64,000 nt of DNA from Waterburya sp. (GCA_965217895.1 CBDCJV010000002.1:2208001-2272000), one strand, 5' to 3'. Positions 29,800 through 40,428 are shown, numbered from the stretch's first letter. The notes: generated from the letters alone by a model not told the origin. Translations and numbers: made by a program.

Positions 29800-31569
29800 A
29801 TGAATAACCAAAGTCAGTTTAATTCAATCGAACGGATTAGTCTGGGCATCAATAACACTGAAGCCAATAACGATAGTAGCAAAGGCATGATTAGCGATGA
29901 TGGTCGATATGTTACTTTCGTATCCAAGGCAAATAATCTTGTTCTAGGGGATACTAATCGTTATCCCGATATATTTGTTTACGATCGCACCGATAAAACA
30001 ACCGAACGTATTAGCGTTAATTCTAATGGTGTCCAGGCAAATAGTTTTAGTCAAGACCCCGTAATTAGTAGTAATGGTCGATATACAGCCTTTACTTCTG
30101 ATGCCAGTAATTTAGTCCCAAACGATCTTAATAAAAATACAGATATATTTGTTGACGATCGCCAACAAAAAACAACCGAGCGTATTAGCGTTGACTCTAA
30201 TGGTATAGAAGCTGACTCCTACAGCTTTGCAGCTTCAATTAGCGATGATGGTAGGTATGTTGTCTTTGAATCTGATGCAGAGAAGTTAATACCCGAGGAC
30301 AACAATCATAGCAGAGATGTATTTATTCATGACCGTAATAATAAAACGACGGAATTAGTTAGCCAAACGATCGATAAGACTGTTGCTAATAATCGTAGTC
30401 AAGATGCCTCAATTAGCCAAGATAGCAGATATATTGCTTTTGAATCTGATGCCGATAATTTGATACCCAATGATATTAATGATGACACGGATATATTTGT
30501 CTACGATCGCCAGAAAAATATAACTGAAATAATTAGTGTTGCTTCAGACAAAACAATAGGAAATGCCTATAGTTTTAATCCTTCTATTAGTGATGACGGT
30601 AGATATGTTGTCTTTGAATCAAGAGCTAGTAATTTAGTACCCAACGATACCAACCGCAAACTAGATATATTTATTCGCGATCGCGCTCTCCAGACAACCA
30701 AACGTATTATTGTTAATAATATTCAAGGAAATGATGATAGTTTTAATCCTTCTATTAGTGATGACGGTCGGTATGTTGTCTTTGAATCAAAAGCTAGTAA
30801 TTTAGTACCCAACGATACCAATAATCTAAAAGATCAGTTTCTCTTCGATTTACTTCAAGGAACAATTGAACGGGTTAATGTTGCTGCCGATGGAATACAA
30901 GCTAACAACAAAAGCGATACTTCTTCTATTAATGCTGATGGTCAATACATAACTTTTGGCTCTGGTGCTGATAACTTAGTAGCTGGGGACACTAACAATG
31001 CGGTAGATATTTTTGTTAGGAAAAATGACCAGACAGAAGATAACTTATTAAATAATTTAGACCTAAGCCACTTCCATACCGAGCGAGTACAACGTTTTTA
31101 TGAATTTAATCGGGGAAATCATTTTTATACTAGTGATGCTCGTGAAGCTGAGACAATTAGAACTAAAAGTAAAGCAGGAGAATTGTCCTACCAAGATGAA
31201 GGTGTTAAATTTAATGTTTTAGCTGATAATTTAGATGCTCTTACGGGAGAAACTTTAACAGGAGTTAGACCTATTTATCGCTTTTTTAATACAGGTACAG
31301 GTTCTCATCTTTACACCATGGATGAAAATGAAAAAAGTTTTATCCAAGAAAATTTAGACAACTACAATTTTGAAGGCGTTAAATATTATGCCTTTGAATC
31401 TGAACCTGAAAATATAGCTACAATTCCTGTATATAGACTGCTCAACAATACATCAGGGTCACATTTATTTACTGTCGATCGAAATGAAGTAAATTATATT
31501 CAAGAAAATCTACCCTATTTTTCTTTGGAAAACAATGGTGATGCAGCTTTTCATGTTTTTGAACTGTAA
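29800..31569 (+). CDS. TolB-like beta-propeller repeat protein with a C-terminal DUF5648-like domain
   Basis: About 7 repeats of ISDDGRYVVFES.A.NLVPNDTN...DIF; C-terminal YRFFN..GSHLYT repeats. Confidence 0.85.
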   Translation: MNNQSQFNSIERISLGINNTEANNDSSKGMISDDGRYVTFVSKANNLVLGDTNRYPDIFVYDRTDKTTERISVNSNGVQANSFSQDPVISSNGRYTAFTSDASNLVPNDLNKNTDIFVDDRQQKTTERISVDSNGIEADSYSFAASISDDGRYVVFESDAEKLIPEDNNHSRDVFIHDRNNKTTELVSQTIDKTVANNRSQDASISQDSRYIAFESDADNLIPNDINDDTDIFVYDRQKNITEIISVASDKTIGNAYSFNPSISDDGRYVVFESRASNLVPNDTNRKLDIFIRDRALQTTKRIIVNNIQGNDDSFNPSISDDGRYVVFESKASNLVPNDTNNLKDQFLFDLLQGTIERVNVAADGIQANNKSDTSSINADGQYITFGSGADNLVAGDTNNAVDIFVRKNDQTEDNLLNNLDLSHFHTERVQRFYEFNRGNHFYTSDAREAETIRTKSKAGELSYQDEGVKFNVLADNLDALTGETLTGVRPIYRFFNTGTGSHLYTMDENEKSFIQENLDNYNFEGVKYYAFESEPENIATIPVYRLLNNTSGSHLFTVDRNEVNYIQENLPYFSLENNGDAAFHVFEL

Positions 31570-31615
31570 AAAAAAGAGCGATCGCTGGTTGAGTTTTCAG
31601 GCGATCGCTTTTTTT
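31568..31615. terminator. Bidirectional intrinsic terminator whose stem arms are HIP1 sites
   Basis: A8-GA-GCGATCGC-15 nt-GCGATCGC-T7 between convergent genes. Confidence 0.8.
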
Positions 31616-31634
31616 ATTCTAAAATTATTTGAAA

Positions 31635-32081
31635 TTAATCGATATATTGACCTCTGTACTTTTGAGGAGGCTTATTTTGTTGAGACATTTCTTGTACTGC
31701 TGCCCAATCTACAACTTCCTCTTCGTACTCTTGACCACGATACTTCTTAGTCACTTTTTTAGTTGGCAGTGGCTGATTGACGGACTGTATTTGTCTATTA
31801 GCTTCTTGGTGTTTATTTTCTGGAGACTCCAAAGATTGAGTATTTTTTGATTTTTCTTCAATCCAAATTGTTAAGATATCCTGACTTTTTACGACTAAAG
31901 TATTGATATTAAAGCCATTATATTTATTGCAAATGTCTAATACTTCTTTGATTTGATGATGATCGAAGGCATCGCTTTTTCTAAAAAGTAGATTGTTTAA
32001 AGTGCATTCGGAACTAGAAGAACCAAGAACTCTTCGAGTCTCAAAATCTTCTGTTTTGATATAGGTTATTTTACTAGCCAT
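31635..32081 (-). CDS. Hypothetical protein with two C-terminal KYRGQ motifs (DUF4278-like)
   Basis: KKYRGQEY..QKYRGQYID. Confidence 0.65.
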   Translation of the reverse strand: MASKITYIKTEDFETRRVLGSSSSECTLNNLLFRKSDAFDHHQIKEVLDICNKYNGFNINTLVVKSQDILTIWIEEKSKNTQSLESPENKHQEANRQIQSVNQPLPTKKVTKKYRGQEYEEEVVDWAAVQEMSQQNKPPQKYRGQYID

Positions 32082-32629
32082 AAAAATTAAGTGGGATTTA
32101 TATTAATTTTTCCTATATGCCTATAGTTCCCAAAATGCAATGGAAGAAAACATTTTTAAATAATTTTCCGCTCTAATTGATGACACGCCCCAAAACACTA
32201 ACTTCGCGCTGAATAATCTGTACTCGTGCTTCTAAACTCTGAATATTCAACTCAAGCTGTATAATTTTACAAACAAACTGTTCTATTGAGGGGCAATTGT
32301 TATATGGAGCGACAGCTTGTAGAACAAATTCGCACAAAGATTCTTTGTTAGCTTCGACTTTGTTCATAAGATGCCTATTATATAACTTCATTAGTTAATA
32401 AATATAATAGTCTGTCCAAAAAAAAATGTCAGTAGTAATAAAAAGTAATCTTAAAATTTTATTTAAAATATTAAAATATAATTACGATTGGTACAACTGA
32501 TTACAAACAAGTTGAGAAAAAACCGAATTAAAAAGCTTTCTATCTAACATCTATTAAAGTCTTTGCTAAACCCTGCCAAATCCAGACAAAATAGGTTATC
32601 AAGATATATGTTCGCCAAGAAATCAGATC

Positions 32630-34054
32630 ATGCAACTATTGGATCGAGTTCGTTTGGGTTTAGCTGTAGGGGTCGCAAAAATTGTTACAGGAGTAGTGCG
32701 ATCGCTGCGTCTGGGTGCAGCTTCTGTCTTACCAGGAGAAATATCTCGTCGTCTTCATTCTCGTCTGCTACCGCTATTGTTTGAGCAGGTAAGCAACGGG
32801 GTAATCTTGGTGGTAGGGACAAACGGCAAAACCACCACCTCTTTGTTGCTCAAGCAAATTTTGAGCGATAAGCCTAAAGGACAGGACGTTAGCCCAGATC
32901 GTCGTCTGGCGACGACTGGCGATGCCTCAGCATTGCGTGCTTCGCAACGCGGTTTTAAGGTAGTTCATAATTCTAGCGGTGCTAATCTTCTCAATGGCTT
33001 AATTACTGCTTTATTAAACAGCACAAATATGACTGGCAAACTTTCTGCCGATTACGCCATCTTAGAGGTAGACGAAAATATTTTACCCTTGATTTTGAAA
33101 GATTGTCAGCCGAAGTATATTTTGGCGTTAAATCTTTTTCGCGATCAGTTAGATAGATATGGTGAAGTAGATATCATTGCCCAACGTTGGGGTAAAGCGA
33201 TCGCACCTTTACCAACAGATACAACTATCGTCTTAAACGCAGACGATCCCAGCCTTTCTAGTCTAGGACAAAAACTCAAACAAAAGGTTCTTTATTTTGG
33301 ACTAAATGAACCAGAATTATATCTTGATGAAATCCCTCACGCCGTTGATTCAATCTATTGTCCTAGCTGTGGACATCTTTTAGATTATCAGGGGGTTTAT
33401 CTTTCTCATCTAGGAGATTATCATTGCCCTAGCTGTGGCTTTGAGAAAAGTAAAACATCTTTAGACAGCAAAGAATATCCGCAAATTCTGATCGGGGTTT
33501 ATAATAAATACAACACTTTAGCAGCAGCTTTAATAGCTCAAGAAATGGGTGTTGAAACTAATGATATCTTCAGGACAATTAAAAACTTCAAAGCTGCCTT
33601 TGGGCGCGCTGAAGAACTAGAAATCGATCACAAGCAGGTTCGTATAATGTTATCTAAAAACCCTGTTGGCATGAATGAAACAATCAGGGCAGTAAATAAC
33701 ATTAAAAAGACTGGTAAATCTGAGGTAACACTTTTAGTATTAAATGATCGCATTCCCGATGGTACTGATGTCTCTTGGATTTGGGATGTAGATACCGAAG
33801 AGTTGGTTAAGCTGGGGGGAACTCTAATTGTCAGTGGCGATCGCACTTACGATATGGCATTAAGATTAGCTTATAGCTCAGAAGAAATTGAAGCCGATCA
33901 AACAAATTTTCAACTAGTAGTTAAAGAGAATTTACAAGAGGCAATAACTACTGCTCTAGAACATACTAATAAAGCAGAAACTTTACATATTATTCCTACT
34001 TATTCGGCAATGCTAGAAGTTAGAGAAATTTTAATCGGGCGCAAGATTCTTTGA
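32630..34054 (+). CDS. murT: Lipid II isoglutaminyl synthase subunit MurT (Mur ligase plus DUF1727)
   Basis: GTNGKTTT, NLFRDQLDRYGE, Zn-finger CPSC x2, SKNP, DVSWIWD, PTYSAM. Confidence 0.92.
   Translation: MQLLDRVRLGLAVGVAKIVTGVVRSLRLGAASVLPGEISRRLHSRLLPLLFEQVSNGVILVVGTNGKTTTSLLLKQILSDKPKGQDVSPDRRLATTGDASALRASQRGFKVVHNSSGANLLNGLITALLNSTNMTGKLSADYAILEVDENILPLILKDCQPKYILALNLFRDQLDRYGEVDIIAQRWGKAIAPLPTDTTIVLNADDPSLSSLGQKLKQKVLYFGLNEPELYLDEIPHAVDSIYCPSCGHLLDYQGVYLSHLGDYHCPSCGFEKSKTSLDSKEYPQILIGVYNKYNTLAAALIAQEMGVETNDIFRTIKNFKAAFGRAEELEIDHKQVRIMLSKNPVGMNETIRAVNNIKKTGKSEVTLLVLNDRIPDGTDVSWIWDVDTEELVKLGGTLIVSGDRTYDMALRLAYSSEEIEADQTNFQLVVKENLQEAITTALEHTNKAETLHIIPTYSAMLEVREILIGRKIL
32870..32947. repeat. 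78-nt in-frame GC-rich insertion splitting a HIP1 site in murT
   Basis: GCGAT|insert|CGC; removing it restores GCGATCGC and KQILSDRGFKVVHN. Confidence 0.8.
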
Positions 34055-34103
34055 TTTTTAAATTAATAGTCACAAGCTGTGTTTAAGAGCTTAGATATTA
34101 AAT

Positions 34104-34925
34104 CTAACCTTCACATAGTTCATGTTTTATGCTATTTTTACCATTATTTTTCACTTGATACATCAAACTATCTGCTCTTTCAAGCATTTTATCAACTGAA
34201 TTTGGTAATTTCTTAAAAGTAGCAGCCCCAATGCTAAAGCTTACGTCAAATGATTTTTCTTTAACCTTAATCATTAATTCTTGTTGTATACGTTTTAAAA
34301 CTAACTGAGTTGATTCATAGTTTGTTTCAGGTAATAGTAAAGCAAACTCATCACCTCCTAAACGAGCAAAGACATCAGTTTCACGAATACATTGGGTAAC
34401 TGTATGAGCGATTAAACATAATAATTGATCTCCTTTGGCGTGTCCAAACACATCGTTAACTGACTTAAAATTATCTACATCAAAATAGATCAAAGTCAAA
34501 CATCGCTCGTTACGTATACTTCTCTTAGTTTCGGCATAGAGCATTTCTATAAAGCAACGGCGATTATATATTTTGGTTAAGCTATCAATACGAGCTAGAT
34601 TTTTTTCTCGTTCATAGGCATTTTTAAGAGCCGATAGTAAATGAACCACTATTAAAAATACTATCAATCTAACAAGAGCATTCCAGATTAGTACCACGGT
34701 ACTTAAGTCTGTTTTAGCCGCTTTCTCAGCTATGTACCAGCTAAACGTACAGATAATTGATAATAAAATGCCTGCTTGCTCATCTAAATACTTGGTAACA
34801 ATCAAGACTGGAATAAGATAACAAATTGACAGATAAACATCGACAGTAATCAAATAATCGAGTACGCCAATCAGCAAAACACTAAATATCCCAATAATCA
34901 AAGTGCCAAGATTAGAAGTAGGCAT
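34104..34925 (-). CDS. Membrane-bound diguanylate cyclase
   Basis: N-terminal TM segments; DVDNFK, RETD I-site, intact RLGGDEF. Confidence 0.95.
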   Translation of the reverse strand: MPTSNLGTLIIGIFSVLLIGVLDYLITVDVYLSICYLIPVLIVTKYLDEQAGILLSIICTFSWYIAEKAAKTDLSTVVLIWNALVRLIVFLIVVHLLSALKNAYEREKNLARIDSLTKIYNRRCFIEMLYAETKRSIRNERCLTLIYFDVDNFKSVNDVFGHAKGDQLLCLIAHTVTQCIRETDVFARLGGDEFALLLPETNYESTQLVLKRIQQELMIKVKEKSFDVSFSIGAATFKKLPNSVDKMLERADSLMYQVKNNGKNSIKHELCEG

Positions 34926-35028
34926 AAAATAAAGCAGAGTCTTGATATGTATCTCTTTTAAGCAATAGATTAACTCGATTATCGATATTAACCACCGTGA
35001 ATTTATGGTAGCTTATCTGCTTTAAAAT

Positions 35029-35156
35029 CTGATGTTACGCACTAATTAATTTGTTAAGGCTGGTCAAGGGGTAAAGGGGAAGGGTTAAAGGGTTTATAAA
35101 TTTGCTTTCATACCTCATTAAATTTGCTGATTTCTCGTTATGATGCGTAACATCAG
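35029..35156. mobile_element. 128-bp MITE with perfect 13-bp TIRs and a 7-bp target-site duplication
   Basis: TTAAAAT|CTGATGTTACGCA ... TGCGTAACATCAG|TTAAAAT. Confidence 0.9.
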
Positions 35157-35183
35157 TTAAAATGGTAGGATATGAGCAGACGA

Positions 35184-36149
35184 CTAAGAATTCTTATCTA
35201 GAGATTGAATCAACTCTTCAACATTGCCAGATATAGTGTCGCAGATTAAACTTAAAGGTAAATGATTCGGGTCGCGCCCAAAAGGATTTTCTAGCTCAGA
35301 GCCAATATCTTCAATACCAAACAAAATTAAGGTGATCACAGCAATTGTCGGAACTGTCCACCACTTTAAAGTGTCAACCATTTCGATAGGTAAACTGAGA
35401 CAATAAAGTATCAATAATTGCTTGAGTAAAATAGAAATAGCTAAAGGTGTTGGGGTTTTCAAAATGCGCTCGCAACCGCCCAAAGTATCTACCAAATCAT
35501 CAACTAGCTTGTGTAAGGCAATTAGTTGATATATATCGAGAAAATTTCGACCATACTGCTCTTGTAAATATTCTCCAATCCACAGAGCAATTTCTAATGG
35601 CAGATGATTAGTATTTTGCAGTTTTGAATATCGAGATAAAGACATTAGCACTATTAACTGTTTGTCCAATGGCTCACGGCGTAAATGTAATTCCATCGCC
35701 CTGGCAAAAGCAACTATCAACCTTAAAGTTTCTTCTTTTTCTAATCGCTCTTTGTTGGAGTGAACCTTGATTGTTATTGCAATCCCACGAGTTAGGTTGC
35801 GAACTGAATTAACTAAAGCTCCCCATAATTTTCGACCTTCCCAATATCGGTCGTAGGCAGCATTTACCCGAAAAACTAGCAGCAAACTTAAAATAAGATT
35901 AAAGCTCAAAACAATATTCGGAACACCAGCCGTAATTTTTGGCAACAATAATTGTTTTTCATGATAATCGAGTAAGACAATAACGATACTGTATCCAGAA
36001 AAAAAAGTTATCCAAGGAATAATGTTGGTTATATTTGAAGTTTGAAGCCGTAAAATTATTTGAAACCAATTTAATTTTTCGTTAGTGTGATTATGAAACT
36101 TGTGCTTCCAAGTTCTTGAAGAACTACTCGTTTGACCTAAAAATTTCAT
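35184..36149 (-). CDS. Bestrophin family (YneE/UPF0187) anion channel
   Basis: LLLVFRVNAAYDRYWEGRKLWG, CERILKTP, ELENPFG. Confidence 0.93.
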   Translation of the reverse strand: MKFLGQTSSSSRTWKHKFHNHTNEKLNWFQIILRLQTSNITNIIPWITFFSGYSIVIVLLDYHEKQLLLPKITAGVPNIVLSFNLILSLLLVFRVNAAYDRYWEGRKLWGALVNSVRNLTRGIAITIKVHSNKERLEKEETLRLIVAFARAMELHLRREPLDKQLIVLMSLSRYSKLQNTNHLPLEIALWIGEYLQEQYGRNFLDIYQLIALHKLVDDLVDTLGGCERILKTPTPLAISILLKQLLILYCLSLPIEMVDTLKWWTVPTIAVITLILFGIEDIGSELENPFGRDPNHLPLSLICDTISGNVEELIQSLDKNS

Positions 36150-36400
36150 TTAGCTCCTTTGTTTTTCAGGGCGTGCAAATCAAACCTTGGTTTAGATAAG
36201 CCCACACCGAGCAGATATTTGAGGTCATTGGTATTTCTTTTGTCTGAAGGTTAAATAAGTAACCAAGATTGCAATTGTAAAAAGAAAAATTATCCTGATT
36301 GACTTTTGGCTAAAGAGTAATAAAGAGAAAGCATCAATCCTGCACTGATCTTAGGAGCGTAGCTGCTATTCTCTTCAAATTTGCACTTTCACTTCCAGTC

Positions 36401-36520
36401 TTATAGTCATTCTAATTAGTTTGCGTATGGTAGTTTTGTATTTGATAACCAGGTTAAATGCTAATCGTTACTCGTTACTTTTTCCCAAAACTAACTGGTT
36501 GCTATTTAAAATGACTATAA
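36401..36520. mobile_element. About 120-bp MITE-like element with TA-flanked TIRs
   Basis: TTATAGTCATTCTAATTAG ... CTATTTAAAATGACTATAA (17/19 inverted match). Confidence 0.75.
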
Positions 36521-36565
36521 CTTAGATTTATCCAAGACATTCAGAATCTAAACCAAGTCTGGTCT

Positions 36566-36913
36566 TTAGCGGATTTCTTGAGTCTCATTTCCTCCGTCTT
36601 GGTCATTTGGCTCATCAGGATTTTCACGAGCTTCATCTCCTCCGTCTCGATCTTCAGAAACTTTTTGATTGCGCTCAATCTCACTGGCTTGAGTAGACCC
36701 ATTCTCTGGTGAGTTTTTCTTTTCTAATTGTGCTTCTAGGGCATCATTCATTTCTCCATCCCCGTCGCTGGCTTCTGCTATTTGAATAGCATTGTCCCGT
36801 TGAGAAATAGTGGGATTGGCTGGATTTTTGACTGATGCTTGTGCTGCTACTCCACCTAAGACAACGGCGTTAATTAATGACGTAGCTAGAATGACTTTAG
36901 TTAAAGAGTTCAT
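36566..36913 (-). CDS. Secreted acidic low-complexity protein
   Basis: Signal peptide ending AAQA; D/E-rich with repeated DGG/DGDG. Confidence 0.7.
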   Translation of the reverse strand: MNSLTKVILATSLINAVVLGGVAAQASVKNPANPTISQRDNAIQIAEASDGDGEMNDALEAQLEKKNSPENGSTQASEIERNQKVSEDRDGGDEARENPDEPNDQDGGNETQEIR

Positions 36914-37115
36914 AAGTGTTCATTTTTTTGTTGGATACCTCAGTTTAAAAAGTAAATGTCAGGAACTTTGCAAGATTGTAACTCTCAGAAATTAAGTAGC
37001 GTTAAATCTTTAGAGTTATTTGGCGCAATACAGATACTTTTTAAGAGAGATATTTACGTTAGCTGTTTTGACAGTTAATTCAACTGGTTTTACCTTTCTA
37101 AAAACAATTATCTGG

Positions 37116-40100
37116 TCAAGAAAAAGAAGATCGCTTTTTTCCTAAAATCCTGTCTACTAAATCGTGGAGCAGTATGTAAAAACAGGGAATAATAAACAAA
37201 GTTAGTAAAGTTGCCAGTGCTAATCCTGAAAAGACAACAATACCTAATGGTTGCAAAAACTCTCCCCCCTGTCCTAAGCCCAATGCTAATGGAAACATTC
37301 CGACTACGGTAGTAATAGTAGTCATCAGAATAGGACGCAATCTTTGGGGTGCAGCTTGTAAAATTGCCTTGGCGCGATCGCATTTTTCTCGCTCTCGAAT
37401 TTGATTGGCTAACTCTACCAAGATAATGGCATTATTGACCACAATGCCGACTAGTAAAACTGCCCCCACAATCACAGTTATACCGATCGCTGTTTGGGTA
37501 ATAAACAATCCCCAAATTCCTCCCGCTAATGCTAGAGGGAGAGTAAACATAATTACCAGAGGATCGACAAGAGAATTATACAATACCGCCATTACCACAA
37601 AAACTAAAAAAGCAGCTAGTCCACCCAAGACAGCGAAAGCAGACTGGATTGCTTGATTACTTTGGGCAGCAGCACTCGGCAGACGACTAACCCCTTGTGG
37701 TAAGTCAATCTCTTGAAAAATTTGGTCTAGTTCAGCCAGAGCTTGACTTAAATCTGCGTCTTTTTCAAGGCTACCTGTAATTAAAAATACCTGTCGTTGA
37801 TTGATGCGCTGAATTTCTCCAGGGGCTTGTCCTTGTTCAATGCGGGTGACATCTCCCAAACGAACTAGGCGATCGCTATTCTGAATAAACAAGGGAATTT
37901 GTGCTAGCTGAGAAGGACGGCTAATAGCATCTTTTTTGAGTTCGACTCGCACGTCTACCAAACGATTACCCCGTTGCAGTTGAGTAGGTATAGAACCAGC
38001 GATCGCCGTTTCTAAAGTGTTACCAATGTCTTGAACATTTAAGTTGAGTTCGGCAGCCCGTTCTCGATCTAGCCGAATTTGAATTTCGGGCTGTCTGGGA
38101 TCGGCATCGGGACGAAAGCTAGATAAGGTTGCTCGTTTTTCTAAGGCATCTAATACCTGCTGTCCTGCCTGCTCCAGAACTTGAGTGTTGTCTCCTTGGA
38201 GGATAATATCGACATCACCTCGAACTGGAGAGTTGCTTAAAATTAAGCCTCGCACTTCACCAGGACTAACTCGCAAGCGAATATCAACTAAGTTAAGCTT
38301 GTCAAATTCGGCTGATACTTGTGAGACATAAGCTTCGACATCTGTATCTGGTTTGAGAGTAATAGTGCTAGAACCGCGTAAAGAGTTTTCGCTGGTGTTG
38401 CTACCAAACAAAAAGCCACCCGATGTGGTAAAAACATATTCAGTCTCTGGCTGCGCTAACAGAATCTCATCCACTTTTGCCATAACTCGGCGATTTGTCT
38501 CTAGGGGAGTTCCTGGAGGAAATTGGGCAAACAATCTCGCCTGTCCTGTATTGATTCGCGGCAAAATCTCTTGAGGAATTTGACCGATAATAAAAAAACT
38601 ACTGCCACCCAACAGTAAGAAAGTTAAGCCAATTACCAGCAACCGCCTTCGCAAAACTTGTTTAAGCATTATGCCGTAGCGTCTGGTAGCAGCTTCAAAT
38701 TGACGATTAAATGCTTGTAGTAACCAAAAACGTCCAATTTTACTGGATTTGCGAATTCCCAGCAAACGAGAAGCGAGCATTGGTACGACTGTTATTGCTA
38801 CCAAAATTGAGGCAGCTACTGCAAAACTAACGGTCAGAACTAGTTCGTTAAACAATAGCGAAATAAAACCGCCGATGAGCAAAAAAGGCAGAACAGAAAC
38901 TAAGTTAGTACTGGTAGAAGCAACCAAAGCCGATTCAACCTCTTGACTACTAGAGATTGATTGCTCGATCAACTGCTGGGAATTGAGTCGTGTCTTGGCA
39001 TCTTTACCTGGGGTCATTCCTGCACCCTCGGCAATGTTTTCTAACATAACAATAGAGTTATCCACTACAATACCCACCCCTACTGCCAATCCGCCTAAGC
39101 TAAACACATTGAGAGATAAGCCAAACAGCTTCATTAAAATAATTGCTGCTAGTGCTGCCAAAGGAATTGCCGAGACGACGATCGCCGTTTGACGCAGAGA
39201 GCCGAGGAATAATAGAACTGCGATCGCAGCTAGCCCCGCACCAATCAGACCAGAACGTGTGACGTTGCTAATGGCATTACTAATAAAGATCGATTCGTCT
39301 AGGGTAGCAACCAATTTGAGATCTTTAGGAACTATTCCCGTCTGTCGTAACTGTTCAATTCGTTGTTTGATTCCCTCTACGACCTCAATCGTGTTCGCTT
39401 CGGGCTGCTTTTGAATGCTAACTTTAACCGCAGGTTGCTCGTTGAGAAACACAAAAAGACGCTGATCGGCTTGACCGTCAATAACCTGGGCAAAATCTCG
39501 CAGATATACACGGGAGGAAGATACTGAATTATTTTCTGTTGCTGTATTTGTTGCTGTCGATCCTACTTCAAAAGAGAGATTGAGAATTTCCTTAGCATCT
39601 TGAAACTTTCCCACTACACGAGTTAAAGGTTCGTTAAGATCCCCCAGAATTCGTCCACCAGAAATATCCTGATTAGTTTCTTCTAGTTCGGTAAGCACAT
39701 CATTTAGCCCCACACCCAAAGCTTGAAGCCGACTGAGATCGACTAAAACTCTTACTTCTTCTTCTACACCGCCCGAAATATCAACCACGGCTACTCCCTC
39801 AACGACTCCTAATTCCCGTGCTAGTTCTTCATCAGCAAGCACGCGCAATTGTAAAGGATCTAAAGATTTAGATGTCAATGCTAGTTCGTAAATAGGTAAT
39901 TGAGAAGGATCGACTTTAAACAACCTTGGTTCTTCGACAGTATCAGGTAAATTAGAGCGCGCCCGATTAAAAGCAGCAGTAGCATCGTTTAAAGCGCGAT
40001 CGATATTTCCTCCTGGTTGAAAGTAAAGGTCTATACTTACCTGTCCTTCGCGAGTTTGCGAAAAAATCTGTACTACACCTTCGGTGGCAGCTAATCCTTC

Positions 40101-40319
40101 TTCTAAAGGTCGAGTTACTTCATCTACTGCAACTTCGGGAGAAACACCAGGTATGTTAACTCTTAAGCCGATGCGCGGGTAGGTGATCGAGGGAAGCAAA
40201 TCTACCTGGATATTAAACAGAAAAAATACGCCGATCACAATTACCGCTAGGGTCAACATCAAAGTTCCAATGTGCCGACGAATGGCGATCGCGCTGAGAT
40301 TAAAATTGTTGGATTTCAT
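37116..40319 (-). CDS. RND efflux permease (AcrB/AcrD/AcrF family)
   Basis: GIVVDNSIVMLENI, GIVVNNAIIL, RLRPILMT. Confidence 0.97.
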   Translation of the reverse strand: MKSNNFNLSAIAIRRHIGTLMLTLAVIVIGVFFLFNIQVDLLPSITYPRIGLRVNIPGVSPEVAVDEVTRPLEEGLAATEGVVQIFSQTREGQVSIDLYFQPGGNIDRALNDATAAFNRARSNLPDTVEEPRLFKVDPSQLPIYELALTSKSLDPLQLRVLADEELARELGVVEGVAVVDISGGVEEEVRVLVDLSRLQALGVGLNDVLTELEETNQDISGGRILGDLNEPLTRVVGKFQDAKEILNLSFEVGSTATNTATENNSVSSSRVYLRDFAQVIDGQADQRLFVFLNEQPAVKVSIQKQPEANTIEVVEGIKQRIEQLRQTGIVPKDLKLVATLDESIFISNAISNVTRSGLIGAGLAAIAVLLFLGSLRQTAIVVSAIPLAALAAIILMKLFGLSLNVFSLGGLAVGVGIVVDNSIVMLENIAEGAGMTPGKDAKTRLNSQQLIEQSISSSQEVESALVASTSTNLVSVLPFLLIGGFISLLFNELVLTVSFAVAASILVAITVVPMLASRLLGIRKSSKIGRFWLLQAFNRQFEAATRRYGIMLKQVLRRRLLVIGLTFLLLGGSSFFIIGQIPQEILPRINTGQARLFAQFPPGTPLETNRRVMAKVDEILLAQPETEYVFTTSGGFLFGSNTSENSLRGSSTITLKPDTDVEAYVSQVSAEFDKLNLVDIRLRVSPGEVRGLILSNSPVRGDVDIILQGDNTQVLEQAGQQVLDALEKRATLSSFRPDADPRQPEIQIRLDRERAAELNLNVQDIGNTLETAIAGSIPTQLQRGNRLVDVRVELKKDAISRPSQLAQIPLFIQNSDRLVRLGDVTRIEQGQAPGEIQRINQRQVFLITGSLEKDADLSQALAELDQIFQEIDLPQGVSRLPSAAAQSNQAIQSAFAVLGGLAAFLVFVVMAVLYNSLVDPLVIMFTLPLALAGGIWGLFITQTAIGITVIVGAVLLVGIVVNNAIILVELANQIREREKCDRAKAILQAAPQRLRPILMTTITTVVGMFPLALGLGQGGEFLQPLGIVVFSGLALATLLTLFIIPCFYILLHDLVDRILGKKRSSFS

Positions 40320-40428
40320 GATGAAAGAACGTGCAGAAATTGAGAGCTAGAATTTTACGATTCATAAAAGTCAAAATGGTAAATTATGTTTAGAAATAAT
40401 TGCTTTAAATATAAATAAGAAAAGTCTT

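Noticed and set aside
29880..31020. Regularly spaced DNA repeats that might suggest a CRISPR array
   Set aside because: They are in-frame beta-propeller blade repeats within one CDS, with no repeat-spacer structure
32173..32391. 72-aa ORF
   Set aside because: No recognisable motif; could be real but cannot be supported from sequence alone
32491..32504. GTA-N8-TAC NtcA-like site upstream of murT
   Set aside because: No clearly positioned -10 element, and the motif is common by chance
36225..36334. Small membrane peptide upstream of bestrophin
   Set aside because: The hydrophobic frame has no start codon and the ATG frame stops after 14 codons
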